From: Chloroflexota bacterium
Lineage (GTDB): Bacteria; Chloroflexota; UBA11872; VXOZ01
Assembly: GCA_965221905.1 (NCBI GenBank)
Contig: OZ244922.1
Location: 3,296,001 to 3,360,000 of the forward strand
DNA: 64,000 bases
Reading direction: 5' to 3'
The position numbers and the translations under genes were made by a program. Numbering within the stretch: position 1 is the first letter of the stretch; each line of letters begins with the position of its first letter. The notes below the pieces were generated by a model, which was not told the origin of the DNA, made no database searches, and was given only the letters and a program-made list of their open reading frames with translations. Positions 9,707 to 19,733 of the stretch are shown in pieces.

Positions 9707-10125
9707 AGTTCGGCGTCTCACTTGCTTCGACTAGCTCAGAACTAACATTTTCCACTCGTGCACCGTCTCATGGACTAGCCCGGCGCCATCTCCGGTATGT
9801 CGTTTACCTAGCTCCCTCTCCCATCGTCTCTCACTCCCTCTCCTAACATCTCTTAACTCCCTCTCCCCGTGGGAGAGGGTTGGGGTGAGGGTCTTGCGCT
9901 CATCTGCGTTCCGACACCGGACGCAGCTTTTCAAGAATTATGTTCGCTAAGATATTGCCCGCAGCGGGGCATGCACGGCAACCCACCAACGTCCGTCGAC
10001 GTCACGCTTCTGCCGTACGTGTGAGTCCCGCCGCGCCTGACAGCGTGCCCATAGAATAGGCGAGTGCCGTCCAACGTGTCAGGTACGAACAGCCGTTCGC
10101 ATTCATCCGAAATCAGAATTCCCAT

Positions 10126-10170
10126 TAAATAAGAACAACCCCTTTCTCTTTCCTTATAGAGAGGGGTCGT
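10126..10170 (-). terminator. intrinsic terminator (expression platform of the SAM riboswitch)
   Basis: ACGACCCCT..AGGGGTTGT hairpin followed by TCTTATTT, just 3' of the aptamer. Confidence 0.65.
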
Positions 10171-10185
10171 ATGTCGCAATATTTC

Positions 10186-10303
10186 CCCTTATCTTGCCCC
10201 AATGCGCATGGGGCCGGAATTGGCACCCTGTCGTGGACTAAAATAGCGTCCACCGGGATGCCGGGCTTCACAGGGCCGTTTCCCTCCACCTCTCTTGATA
10301 AGG
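10186..10303 (-). promoter_or_regulatory. SAM-I (S-box) riboswitch
   Basis: Minus strand reads CTTATCAAGAGAGGTGGAGGGAAACGGCCCTGTGAAGCCCGGCA...GGTGCCAATTCC...AAGATAAG, matching the SAM-I consensus with P1 CTTATC/GATAAG. Confidence 0.95.
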
Positions 10304-10618
10304 CACCGGTTATTCAATTGTTAACGAGCGCAGACGTTCGGCTCACTCGCCACCTGCCTGCATCTCAGTCACGGGATATATTAACACAGCCCCGCAAGCT
10401 CGTCAAACGATACGGTTAGAGCACCCAACATAGGCAACATCCGATAGACAAGCTGTACAGTTAACTTAACCCATGCCTGCTCGCCAGTGATGACTTTGGT
10501 GGAGCGACGATATGGTTGCCTTGTAGGTAGCCACTGAGCCCGCGAAGGTCATTGGCTTGCGCATTGCCCCCAATAGACATGATAGCGTGGCGCATTTCAA
10601 AGGAGAAAGAAACCCTCG

Positions 10619-11329
10619 ATGGCAACCGAGAAACTCCCGGAAGGACTGGTTCCCAGCGGCAGTTCACTCACGTTCACGGAAGATACCATCCCCGAAGCCC
10701 TCCAAAAGGAACACACGTTGGCGGCAGGACGTTGGGGCGTCCTCCACGTGTTTGCAGGCAGCGTGCGGTTTGTGAACCTCGAGACCAGTGAAGAGAGCGA
10801 CGTTTCTGCGCCCGATCACGTGATCATTCACCCGGAGGCACCGCACAGAGTACATCTCACCGGGCCGGTACAATGCCGCGTGGATTTCTTTCGAGAGTTG
10901 GACCACGACTCCACCATGCGCACGCCGGGCAGCTTTGCCGGCGATGAGGTGCGGCAAAGTTTCGATCGCTGCGAGGCCGCCGGCGACTTCGCTGAGACCT
11001 TCTACACTGCCTTTATGAATGCCTCTCCCGCGATTGCCCCGTTCTTTGCCAAAACGGAGTTCGCTCGCCAACGCACGCTGCTCCGGGATTCGGTATACCT
11101 GATGGTGACCCAGGACGTCTCGGACCCGGAGATGCGAGCATTGCTGAAAAAACTTGGCGAACTCCACAGCCGCGCCGGCCGCAACATCGCGCCAATGCTC
11201 TACGAACTGTGGCTGGACAGCATCTGCAAGACGGTAAAAGCCCTCGATCCCGAATGGACCCAATCACTCGAAGACCACTGGCGGGTACGCCTGCGCGCCG
11301 GGATGCAGATCATCACGGCGGCGTATTAG
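10619..11329 (+). CDS. DUF1971 (YeaR/TehB-N-like cupin) fused to a globin domain
   Basis: N-terminus FTEDTIPEALQKEH..GRWGVLHV..HRV; C-terminus SFDRC..FAETFY..PFF..RQ..LGELH..YELW (globin pattern). Confidence 0.75.
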   Translation: MATEKLPEGLVPSGSSLTFTEDTIPEALQKEHTLAAGRWGVLHVFAGSVRFVNLETSEESDVSAPDHVIIHPEAPHRVHLTGPVQCRVDFFRELDHDSTMRTPGSFAGDEVRQSFDRCEAAGDFAETFYTAFMNASPAIAPFFAKTEFARQRTLLRDSVYLMVTQDVSDPEMRALLKKLGELHSRAGRNIAPMLYELWLDSICKTVKALDPEWTQSLEDHWRVRLRAGMQIITAAY

Positions 11330-11428
11330 AGGGTCTGCGGAGACTCCTTTCACCGCGGAAAACGTGCTTCCCTAAACCGATGGACAAAGAAACTGCACAA
11401 GATGAATGTCCACTCGAACGTTGGAAAA

Positions 11429-12190
11429 TCACAGGTGTTTTTCAAAGCTTAGGTACTTCGACAGAACATCGTATTCAAGGATTATGCTCGTATCAGTCGC
11501 CTGATTTAGTCTTCTGGCTCTTCCTGGGTGTAACTTGCCGCTACGCTCCCTAAAGGCAACATTTACCACTCTCTTGCCATAATCCTTGATTAGCTCAACT
11601 GCGGGAACATAATCCTGATCACCCGAAACAACAACCGCCACGTCGTACACGTCTTTCAAGAATGCCATGTCACAAGCCAGTTTTACGTCGACTGACTTTT
11701 CTCCCCTAAACTTCCTCTCAAACAAATCGTATCTGACTATTCCCGATCGCCGGAATTCGACTGCGTCATGGTGTGTGGCGATATCTCCTTGTATGCGTAT
11801 CCACCCCTCAAATCGCCGCTGTATGCCTTCTTGGCGCTCCTCGAGGTCGTCCACAATCGCTAACATTCGCTCCATCCGAGATTCCACATCGACGAATTTG
11901 TCTAGCTGCGCCTGAAAGCAGGGATGCTTTGAAAGAATCGAGTTGAGGTTTTTGGGCTGTCTAGCTAGCTTTCTTAGACTATATGGATAAAACTCTATGT
12001 CTTGAACCACATACCAATAGGTGCGAATCCGCAATCCCAGATGGCTAGATTCGGAGGCGATGTAGTCAAATAACTTAGTCCAGTCGGCTCCCTTCGGCAA
12101 GTAGTCTGTTTTTTGGAACTCATCCTTGAAAAGACCACCAATGGAATGCCGAAAGTTTTCACCATCAACGAAGATGCACACTCTGTTCAT
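11429..12190 (-). CDS. NYN domain (LabA/DUF88, PIN-like) ribonuclease
   Basis: IFVDGEN, EKSVDVKLACDM and VVSGDQDYVPAV: catalytic acidic motifs intact. Confidence 0.9.
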   Translation of the reverse strand: MNRVCIFVDGENFRHSIGGLFKDEFQKTDYLPKGADWTKLFDYIASESSHLGLRIRTYWYVVQDIEFYPYSLRKLARQPKNLNSILSKHPCFQAQLDKFVDVESRMERMLAIVDDLEERQEGIQRRFEGWIRIQGDIATHHDAVEFRRSGIVRYDLFERKFRGEKSVDVKLACDMAFLKDVYDVAVVVSGDQDYVPAVELIKDYGKRVVNVAFRERSGKLHPGRARRLNQATDTSIILEYDVLSKYLSFEKHL

Positions 12191-12202
12191 GTTTCCCGCC
12201 TT

Positions 12203-12273
12203 AAACAAAAGCGGCGAACACGCAGTTCGCCGCATCGCCAATAAGCGTCTAGGACGCACCTAGACGAAGCCTC
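12203..12273 (-). ncRNA. putative ~70-nt structured leader RNA: two hairpins with identical UGCGU loop, the second being a terminator
   Basis: CGTCTAGG-TGCGT-CCTAGACG (12266-12246) and GCGGCGAAC-TGCGT-GTTCGCCGC (12233-12211) followed by TTTTGTTT. Confidence 0.65.
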
Positions 12274-12279
12274 ACTTCG

Positions 12280-12308
12280 ATTCTATCTCAACCGGCAACT
12301 TGAGTCAA
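12280..12308 (-). promoter_or_regulatory. sigma70 promoter TTGACT-17-TAGAAT
   Basis: Both hexamers 5/6 consensus with exact 17-bp spacer, immediately upstream of the twin hairpins. Confidence 0.8.
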
Positions 12309-12432
12309 TCGTCTCACGTTCGAGTTCATCGTCTGGTCTGCCAATAGGCAAGTACCTAGCCTGCATGTCACCGCTTGTCTATGCTAGTATACGGTATCCG
12401 TATTCGCGCAGCGTAAGAGGCAATGGTATCCC

Positions 12433-13506
12433 ATGCAGGTGCAAATTACCGCGCCGATTCATGGCGCGATCCTCAATCGGCACGACGGGCGGCAGGACGA
12501 CGCGGGCTTGCACATCACCGTGCAGGGCGTGGTGAGCGAAGCCGATACCGTGACCGTGAACGGCGTGACGGCCACGATAATCGGCGCCACGTTCACGGCG
12601 GACTACACCCTGGACGTCCACGAGACGGTGCTTACGGCCGTGGCGGAACGCGGCGGTGAGACGCTAACCCATGCCGTGACGGTGCTCTGGGACCAGCGTT
12701 CGTTCCCGCGCTACCGCTTCTCGCTGGACGACGACGTGTTGTTTCTGCGCGATATCGCCTTGGAACGGCCGCGCTCGCTCTTCGATAACTTCTACCTGGG
12801 GTTCATGCGCGACCTCCGCGACCGCTACGGCACCAAGACCCACATCAACATCTACTACGCTTACGAGGACTTCGACCTGCGGCAGATGCCGGATACGTAT
12901 AAGTCCGAGTGGCGCGACAACGCCGACTGGCTGCAACTTTCGTTCCACGCCCGCACCGACCATCCGCGCGATCCGTATAAGGAAGCGTCGGCAGAGAAAC
13001 TCATAACCGACTACCGGCAGGTGCGCGACGAGACGCTGCGCTTTGCGGGCGAGCAGAGTTGGTCGCACTTCACTACGATTCACTGGGGCGAGGGCACCCG
13101 CCTGGGCTGCCGCGCGTTGCGCCAGGAGGGTATCTGGGGCCTGGCGGGCTACTTCATTCCGGCCCCGGACCTGCGCGTAAACTACTACCTGGACCACGCC
13201 ACCACCGCTTACCTGCATACCCACGACTACTGGATGGACTACAGCGAGGATATTCTCTTCGTTACCCACGATCAGGTCATTAACTCGCACAAGACGCCGG
13301 AGGAAGTGACGGCCCATCTGGACTCCGTGGGGCAAGACCCCCACCGCAGTGAGATCATGGAGCTAATGGTCCACGAACAGTACTTCCGCAAAGAGCTGCG
13401 GCATTACCAGCCCAACGTGCCTGCAAAGACCGAGGCGGCCATCCGCTGGGCGACCGAACACGGCTACAAGTCGGTCTTGTACAACGAGGGCTTCCTGGGC
13501 GCGTAG
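12433..13506 (+). CDS. hypothetical protein: N-terminal Ig-like domain plus polysaccharide deacetylase-like barrel
   Basis: Beta-rich N-terminus; FSLDDD, SFHARTDH and MVHEQY motifs; strong GC3 bias. Confidence 0.6.
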   Translation: MQVQITAPIHGAILNRHDGRQDDAGLHITVQGVVSEADTVTVNGVTATIIGATFTADYTLDVHETVLTAVAERGGETLTHAVTVLWDQRSFPRYRFSLDDDVLFLRDIALERPRSLFDNFYLGFMRDLRDRYGTKTHINIYYAYEDFDLRQMPDTYKSEWRDNADWLQLSFHARTDHPRDPYKEASAEKLITDYRQVRDETLRFAGEQSWSHFTTIHWGEGTRLGCRALRQEGIWGLAGYFIPAPDLRVNYYLDHATTAYLHTHDYWMDYSEDILFVTHDQVINSHKTPEEVTAHLDSVGQDPHRSEIMELMVHEQYFRKELRHYQPNVPAKTEAAIRWATEHGYKSVLYNEGFLGA

Positions 13507-13815
13507 GGGGACCTCCGCACAGTGCTGCGAGTCTATCGTGGGTGTTGAACCCGGGATTTTCTTGGATTCTCACCTTTTAGGAACAAAACTGTGTAGGGGC
13601 ACGACATGTCGTGCCCCTACGGGTCAATCGCACTTTTCAAGGGGTCAAGCACAGAGAGAAAGCGAACGCCAAACAGTGTAGCCGCGCCCTACCCATCCAA
13701 CTTAGACAGAATAATGTCTCCCAGGAAGGAAGGGATTAGCGCTGTACCCAGGGCTATGGTGACCGTCGTGTTCTTCGGTCAAAGCAACGGAATGGCCTCT
13801 TGGTAGGGGCCTTGC

Positions 13816-13925
13816 TTAGTCTCTATCGAGATCCTCTTCGCCGATTAGGGCGCTGAGCGAGGTATCGAGGGCTGCCGCGATTCTCGCCGCCGCGCCGTGA
13901 TATTCTGCCTGCCTCTTTCCACCGT
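13816..13925 (-). pseudogene. possible remnant of an XRE-family HTH regulator
   Basis: ARIAAALDTSLSALIGE resembles an XRE C-terminus; the preceding RQNIT is in another frame. Confidence 0.3.
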
Positions 13926-14332
13926 GCTGGTTCCGCCTCAGAACTAAGGAGCAGTCAGGGCACAAGCAGTGCCGGTCATCTAGCCGACCGGCCGTTTGGC
14001 CGGCTACTTTGCACGCGCAGATTAGGGCAGCTTCAAGTATTCGTTCCACACTCCTCTAGTCTGAGCGCGCTGTCGTGCACGTTTCCAGCATTGACTTGAC
14101 TCCGGTGTCAATAGCCCTTAGTCTACTCAGAGAGGATAGCATATGCTATTGCTCAGATTGTCTAGCAGTATGGAGGATACGCCCCTTGCCAACAGGGAAT
14201 CCACTGCGCTTACAGGGAGCGATTGGATAGCACGCTGGCAGTGGGCAGCCTTCACGAGCCGACCGCGTCGGCAAAAGGAGGAAGAGAGGGTCTTAGAGAT
14301 ACGCGTTGCGCGCAGACAGAAGGAGTAAAATA

Positions 14333-14548
14333 GTGGAAACTCTGCAATTGGCAGCCCTCGTCGTAGCGGCTATTGGCGCCATAAACTGGGGCCTGGTCGG
14401 CATCGCCAAGATCGATCTCGTAGCTCTCATCGCGGGCGGCCTCAAGTTTGGTGAAGTCAACAGCATATCCCGCGTTCTGTATATCGTCGTCGGCATCGCC
14501 GGAATTCTCGCCATTGTCTTGGAATTCACCGGTGGAATCGGCGCATAG
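14333..14548 (+). CDS. DUF378 small membrane protein
   Basis: IGAINWGLVG..DLVA..SRVLYIVVGIAG. AAGGAG RBS and GTG start. Confidence 0.85.
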   Translation: METLQLAALVVAAIGAINWGLVGIAKIDLVALIAGGLKFGEVNSISRVLYIVVGIAGILAIVLEFTGGIGA

Positions 14549-14852
14549 TCTTGCCGCGGGGTATGCGGAGCCGCAGGAGTTGCAATGGCTATGCTTGTAG
14601 CTTCTCACTGCGCTCGTCTTCTGCTCGTCGATCGAACGAAGTCAATGAAGAAGCGAGGACACACTTTATTGTGTGTCCTCGCTTTCGTCTGCGCAAAAAT
14701 GGGACGCAGTGCTCTTTAATTTACACCCGCCGTCTGCCGGTCCGTTCACGACCCTGAGCGCCTATGCCGCAAAGACCGGCTCTGTACTAGCCCGTGAGGC
14801 GCGCCGCTACGGGGAGTATGGATTTGCGTACACCCGTAGTCGAATCAGCGCA

Positions 14853-15578
14853 CTACGTACACTGCCAGGCCGGATCGATATTCACCGCGCCAATACTCCA
14901 GTCCTGCATCCGCCAGCCATCGCCTTCGCGTGCAAACGTATATTGCTGACCGGGATAGGTCACGACTTCTCGCGACGTTTGTTCTTCATCGCTGGCCGTA
15001 CAGTTCAAGACAGCTTCGTAGGTCCACACCTCTTGGGTCTCGACCACCACTTCACTCTCGTCTTCTGAGACACTTTGCACAATGCATGTATTCAACTGCA
15101 GGACGATGGCGGTGATTCGATTTACGCTATAGGTATCGGTAATTTTGCCCACCAGATATGCAGCAGAGGCTTGGGCGCGTGCCGTCACCTCTCCCCACGT
15201 GGCACTGAGTTGTGCCGCATCCAGCTCACCGCGCATGACCGCGGCTTGGCTCTCGTTTGCCGCAACAATCGCGCCGCTGAGATCAGATGTACAGGGATCG
15301 CCTACCGCAATTGCCGTTGCCGGCGTCCCTTCCGGTTCCGGCGTTGGCGCAGGCGGCGGTGTTGGTATTGGAAGAGGCGTCGGAGTCCCAAGCGTAGGAA
15401 AGGGAGCAACTGAGGGCGTCGGCTCCAACTCCATAGCCTCCGTCGTTGGCGTGGCTTCTACCACCTCATCGGCGCCGGGGTCTGTCAGCCGCAAAGCCAC
15501 AGCCGTTCCGGCAACCACCACCAATACAACAATCAAAATGATGAGCATTCGAATGACCCACGTCCAACTCATGTTCAC
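14853..15578 (-). CDS. membrane-anchored protein with Pro/Thr linker and IMS(DUF4101)-like C-terminal domain
   Basis: N-terminal TM, PTPTP linker, VVETQEVWTY..YTFAREGDGWRM. Confidence 0.55.
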   Translation of the reverse strand: MNMSWTWVIRMLIILIVVLVVVAGTAVALRLTDPGADEVVEATPTTEAMELEPTPSVAPFPTLGTPTPLPIPTPPPAPTPEPEGTPATAIAVGDPCTSDLSGAIVAANESQAAVMRGELDAAQLSATWGEVTARAQASAAYLVGKITDTYSVNRITAIVLQLNTCIVQSVSEDESEVVVETQEVWTYEAVLNCTASDEEQTSREVVTYPGQQYTFAREGDGWRMQDWSIGAVNIDPAWQCT

Positions 15579-15663
15579 CCTCCTATACTCTACTACCTGA
15601 TACCATACTACTCTGAATCACTACACAATGCACAAGACGCCAACACCGCTGATGAATGCAAGG

Positions 15664-15710
15664 TGCTATAATGAGTGTGTTTGCGGAAGTGGGGAAAGCC
15701 CACTTTTCTT
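15664..15710 (+). promoter_or_regulatory. extended -10 promoter and leader terminator hairpin of the nusA operon
   Basis: TGcTATAAT at 15664-15672; AAGTGGG-GAAAG-CCCACTT followed by TTCTT. Confidence 0.6.
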
Positions 15711-15763
15711 AATTCTTGGCAGTAGCCCAAGGAAATTGTCGGCAGACGGGGAAGGTATCGCGA

Positions 15764-16948
15764 ATGAAGAACGACTTTGGATCCGCGATCGCGCAGATTG
15801 CCAGTGAAAAAGGCTTGAATCAAGAGGACGTGATCAGCGCGTTGGAGACTGCGATTCTTTCTGCATATCGGAAAGTCACCGGCGACCCGGTACCGAATGC
15901 CGTAGCGTATTTCGACCTGCAATCCGGTGAATCGAAGATATACGTGCCCAAACTGGTTGTAGAAGACGTAGAGGACCCCGAAGCCGAGGTCAGCCTGGCT
16001 GAAGCGCAAGTAATTGACTCCGAGGCAGAAACCGGCGACGAAATTGAAGTGGAGATAACGCCTCCCAACGTGGGACGCATTGCCGCCCAGGCCGCACGCC
16101 AGGTATTGTTGCAATCGTTGCGGGAGAAGGAACGCGACCACGTCTACGATGAGTTTATCGACCGCGTGGGCGAGGTTGTGAGCGGAAGGGTGCAGCGGGT
16201 AGACAATCGCGGCGTGGTGCTCGACTTCGGCCGGGCAGAAGCGCTGATGTCGTCCGCAGACATGGTACCGGGTGAGCGTGATCGCTACCGCTTGGGCCAG
16301 CGGCTGCGCGCTTATATAGCTGAAGTGCGGAAGGACCTGAAGGGACCCGTGGTTCGCGTTTCGCGCGCCCACAAGGACTTCATCCGGCGCCTCATCGAAC
16401 AGGAAGTCCCCGAAGTGCAATCCGGCACTGTAGAAATCAAGGAGATTGCCCGCGACCCGGGATCGCGCACAAAGGTGGCTGTATTCGCTAAACAGGAGGG
16501 GCTTGACCCGGTTGGGTCATGCGTCGGCATGCGGGGAACGCGCATCCAGAACGTGCTGCGGGAACTTGGCAATGAAAAGGTGGAAATCATCGAGTGGAGC
16601 GCGGATACCGCCACATTCATCAAGAATGCGCTCTCCCCCGCTGAGATTCAACTGGTGGAACTCATCGAGGTTGACGATCAGCAGGTAGCCTCCGTACAGG
16701 TCAGGGCGGACATGGTGTCGCTGGCTATTGGCCGCGACGGCCAGAACACACGGCTCGCCAATAGACTCACCGGGTGGAAGATCAACATTCGTTCACTAGA
16801 GGAAGAGCAAGCCGCCGCCGATGCACCGGCCGCGGTCTCAGCGGAGGCGTCAGCCGAGGTGGAAGACGCGCCGGCGCAAGCAGCGGCCGCACAGCAGGAC
16901 GCTGCGGAATCTCTTGAGACAGAGGAGTCAGCAAGTAGCACTAGTTAG
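15764..16948 (+). CDS. nusA: transcription termination factor NusA
   Basis: GRIAAQAARQV, S1 and KH domains, ARDPGSRTKVAV, AIGRDGQNTRLA. Confidence 0.97.
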   Translation: MKNDFGSAIAQIASEKGLNQEDVISALETAILSAYRKVTGDPVPNAVAYFDLQSGESKIYVPKLVVEDVEDPEAEVSLAEAQVIDSEAETGDEIEVEITPPNVGRIAAQAARQVLLQSLREKERDHVYDEFIDRVGEVVSGRVQRVDNRGVVLDFGRAEALMSSADMVPGERDRYRLGQRLRAYIAEVRKDLKGPVVRVSRAHKDFIRRLIEQEVPEVQSGTVEIKEIARDPGSRTKVAVFAKQEGLDPVGSCVGMRGTRIQNVLRELGNEKVEIIEWSADTATFIKNALSPAEIQLVELIEVDDQQVASVQVRADMVSLAIGRDGQNTRLANRLTGWKINIRSLEEEQAAADAPAAVSAEASAEVEDAPAQAAAAQQDAAESLETEESASSTS

Positions 16949-17076
16949 ACACTGTGCATGACACGCAGTGAGGAAGTTCCTTGAGCGCGCCTTGCACAGC
17001 AGCCGTGGCCGGCAGCATGGTGACGGCCACTTGCACGAGACCAAAAAGGGAAATGAAGTCTTTGAGGGTGGGTGCG

Positions 17077-17367
17077 GTGAATCTGACAGCGACGTCACAG
17101 CAAAAGCACATACCCCAGCGTACGTGCCTCGGCTGCCGGGCAACGAAACCTAAGAGAGCTCTGGCGCGAATTGTGCGCACGCAGGAAGGGCGCGTAACAA
17201 TTGACACCACAGGAAAAGAGCGTGGTCGCGGCGCCTACCTATGTCCCGATTCTGACTGTGCAAGAAAAGCGCTCAAAGCAAGCACCCTTAACCGGGCGTT
17301 GCGAACCAGCATTGATGATGCGGCGCTGGCAGAACTGCTGGCGTGGGCCGAGCAGTTAGTAGAATAG
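17077..17367 (+). CDS. ylxR: YlxR/RnpM family RNA-binding protein
   Basis: HIPQRTCLGCR, GRGAYLC; located between nusA and infB. Start uncertain. Confidence 0.9.
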   Translation: MNLTATSQQKHIPQRTCLGCRATKPKRALARIVRTQEGRVTIDTTGKERGRGAYLCPDSDCARKALKASTLNRALRTSIDDAALAELLAWAEQLVE

Positions 17368-17455
17368 GTCGACGCACCCTCTAAACCGTCCAAATCCTGG
17401 AACGCTCCCTCCGTCCACTGCAGTGAGAGAGCATTCCGCGAGAGGAGGAACAACA

Positions 17456-19348
17456 ATGAGAACAGGTTCTAGATATAGAGGCGGCCCGCGCAGGCGATCT
17501 TCCGGCCGTAAATCGTCGGAGCAGCAAGACCGCACCGCAGGCTCCTTACATGGGACAGCCGTCAGCGAAGCCCCGCCGGCACGCAAGATTAAGCTCCCGC
17601 AAGACATTACGGTCGCCCAACTCGCAGAGCGGCTTGAATTGAGCCCTACAGCCATAATCAAGGAGCTCTTCACACGCGGTACTGCCGTCACCATTAATCA
17701 AACACTCGACTACACCACCGCCTCACTTGTCGTTGAGTCGTTGGGTCATAGCGTAGTAAAAGAAGAGGTGAAACCGGCAGCGGCCAAGCCAAGAGAAGAC
17801 GTGTTGCTTGAAATTGCCAAGCAAACGGGTACAACCGAGCGGCGGCGGCGGCGTTTTGAAAAGCGCTCTCCGGTCGTCACCGTGATGGGCCACGTCGACC
17901 ACGGCAAGACTTCACTCCTGGACGCGTTGCGTGAGACCAGCGTGGCGGAAGGCGAGTCGGGCGGTATTACCCAGCGCATCGGTGCTTACCAGGTAACCAA
18001 CAACGGCGACACCGTTACTTTTATCGACACGCCCGGTCATAAGGCATTTACGGCCATGCGCGCACGGGGCGCAAAGGTAACGGACCTGGCCGTGATCGTG
18101 GTCGCGGCTGACGACGGGATAATGCCACAGACCATTGAGGCCATCAATCATGCACGGGCGGCAAAGGTCCCATTCCTCATCGCTCTCAACAAGATCGACC
18201 TACCGAACGCCAACCCTGATCGCGTGAAGCAACAGCTTACGGAACACGAAATCGTCATTGAAGAGTATGGCGGCGAAGCGGTGCTGGTAGAGGTCTCCGC
18301 CCAGACGAAAGAAGGCTTGGACGACCTCTTGGAGATGATTGCGCTCCTCTCAGAACTTGAGGGTGTACGCGCTGATCCCCGTATTCCGGCGCGGGGCGTT
18401 GTGATCGAGAGCAACATGGACAAGAGCCGCGGCCCTGTGGCAACCGTGCTTGTGCAGGAGGGCACACTCCACGTGGGCGATACGGTGGTCTGTGGCAAGA
18501 CTTCCGGTCGTGTGCGCGCGCTCTTCGGCGAAAGTGGCGTGTCAGTATCCGAAGCCGGCCCTTCCGTGCCGGCCGAGATACTTGGACTCAGCGCGCTGCC
18601 CGCTCCCGGAGATACGATCATCGTCGTGGTCGACGAAAAGGCCGCGAAGACTCTGCTGCAAGAACTCACGGAGCGCGAGCGGGATGATACGGAGCGGATG
18701 TCGCTGGATACGCTCAGTGCGACTGCCGGTGAGGGCGTGGAAGAGTTGGATATTGTCCTTAAGGCCGATATCCGCGGCTCAGTTGAAGCCATCCAACAAG
18801 CCTTGGAGCAACTCTCAAACGAAGAAACTCGCGTACGAGTCATTTACAGCGGCGTCGGCCCTGTGAGTGAGTCAGACGTGCAACTGGCCATCGCCGGCAA
18901 CGCATTGATTGCCGCATTCAACGTGCGCCCAGACGCCGCTGCTCGTTCGCTGGCGGACTCGGAGACTATTGAAATCCGCTACTACAACGTGATTTACACC
19001 CTCATCGAAGAAATGCAGAAAGCCTTGCTCGGACTACTTGATCCTTTGATCATTGAAGTGATAGATGGGCAGGCAGAGGTGCGGGCAGTCTTCAATCAAG
19101 TGCGTGGGCAGACGGTGCTTGGCGCAATCGTCCGTGAGGGCACAATGCGCCGCGGAGCCCAGGTGCGTGTGCTGCGCAATAAACGGCAATTGCTCAAGAA
19201 CACTGTCACAAGCCTGCGCCGGTTCAAAGATACCGTGCGCGAGGTGACAAGCGGTTACGAGTGCGGTATCGGCATTGGCGAAATCTATGACGTGCACGAA
19301 GGCGATGTGCTCGAGACGTTCCATATCGAAGAGAAGGCACGCGTCTAG
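17456..19348 (+). CDS. infB: translation initiation factor IF-2
   Basis: [35 protein letters not shown]. Confidence 0.98.
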   Translation: MRTGSRYRGGPRRRSSGRKSSEQQDRTAGSLHGTAVSEAPPARKIKLPQDITVAQLAERLELSPTAIIKELFTRGTAVTINQTLDYTTASLVVESLGHSVVKEEVKPAAAKPREDVLLEIAKQTGTTERRRRRFEKRSPVVTVMGHVDHGKTSLLDALRETSVAEGESGGITQRIGAYQVTNNGDTVTFIDTPGHKAFTAMRARGAKVTDLAVIVVAADDGIMPQTIEAINHARAAKVPFLIALNKIDLPNANPDRVKQQLTEHEIVIEEYGGEAVLVEVSAQTKEGLDDLLEMIALLSELEGVRADPRIPARGVVIESNMDKSRGPVATVLVQEGTLHVGDTVVCGKTSGRVRALFGESGVSVSEAGPSVPAEILGLSALPAPGDTIIVVVDEKAAKTLLQELTERERDDTERMSLDTLSATAGEGVEELDIVLKADIRGSVEAIQQALEQLSNEETRVRVIYSGVGPVSESDVQLAIAGNALIAAFNVRPDAAARSLADSETIEIRYYNVIYTLIEEMQKALLGLLDPLIIEVIDGQAEVRAVFNQVRGQTVLGAIVREGTMRRGAQVRVLRNKRQLLKNTVTSLRRFKDTVREVTSGYECGIGIGEIYDVHEGDVLETFHIEEKARV

Positions 19349-19387
19349 CGTCATTGGAAAGGGGCTTGCTCTTCTTCGCATGGAGCA

Positions 19388-19427
19388 AGCGGAAAGCTGC
19401 GGGTCTCGAGGCCCGCAGCTTTCCGCT
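19388..19427 (+). terminator. strong hairpin after infB
   Basis: AGCGGAAAGCTGCGGG / CCCGCAGCTTTCCGCT perfect 16-bp stem, then ACTTTGT. Confidence 0.6.
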
Positions 19428-19733
19428 ACTTTGTGGGTGACACTTGCAACAAGAAATCTAAGAAATAGACTGCAGTATTAGTAGGGGTGGGCCTAGAGTC
19501 GGCACATATTCAGAAGAAGGTGAATTCGACAGGACATGCCACCTGCTACTTAGCCCATCACTCTAACATTGTGTACCCCCTACGGAGACCGCTCATCTTG
19601 ATTTTAGCTAGTGGAGAAAGATCTGCCTGGCCTCTACTTCACACGCAAATCATCGAGTTTCAGGCATAGTGGTAGGGCTTTAGGCATGTGGGAAGCAAGG
19701 TAGACTCCTTGGATCCTTCGAAAAGGAGAGCTC

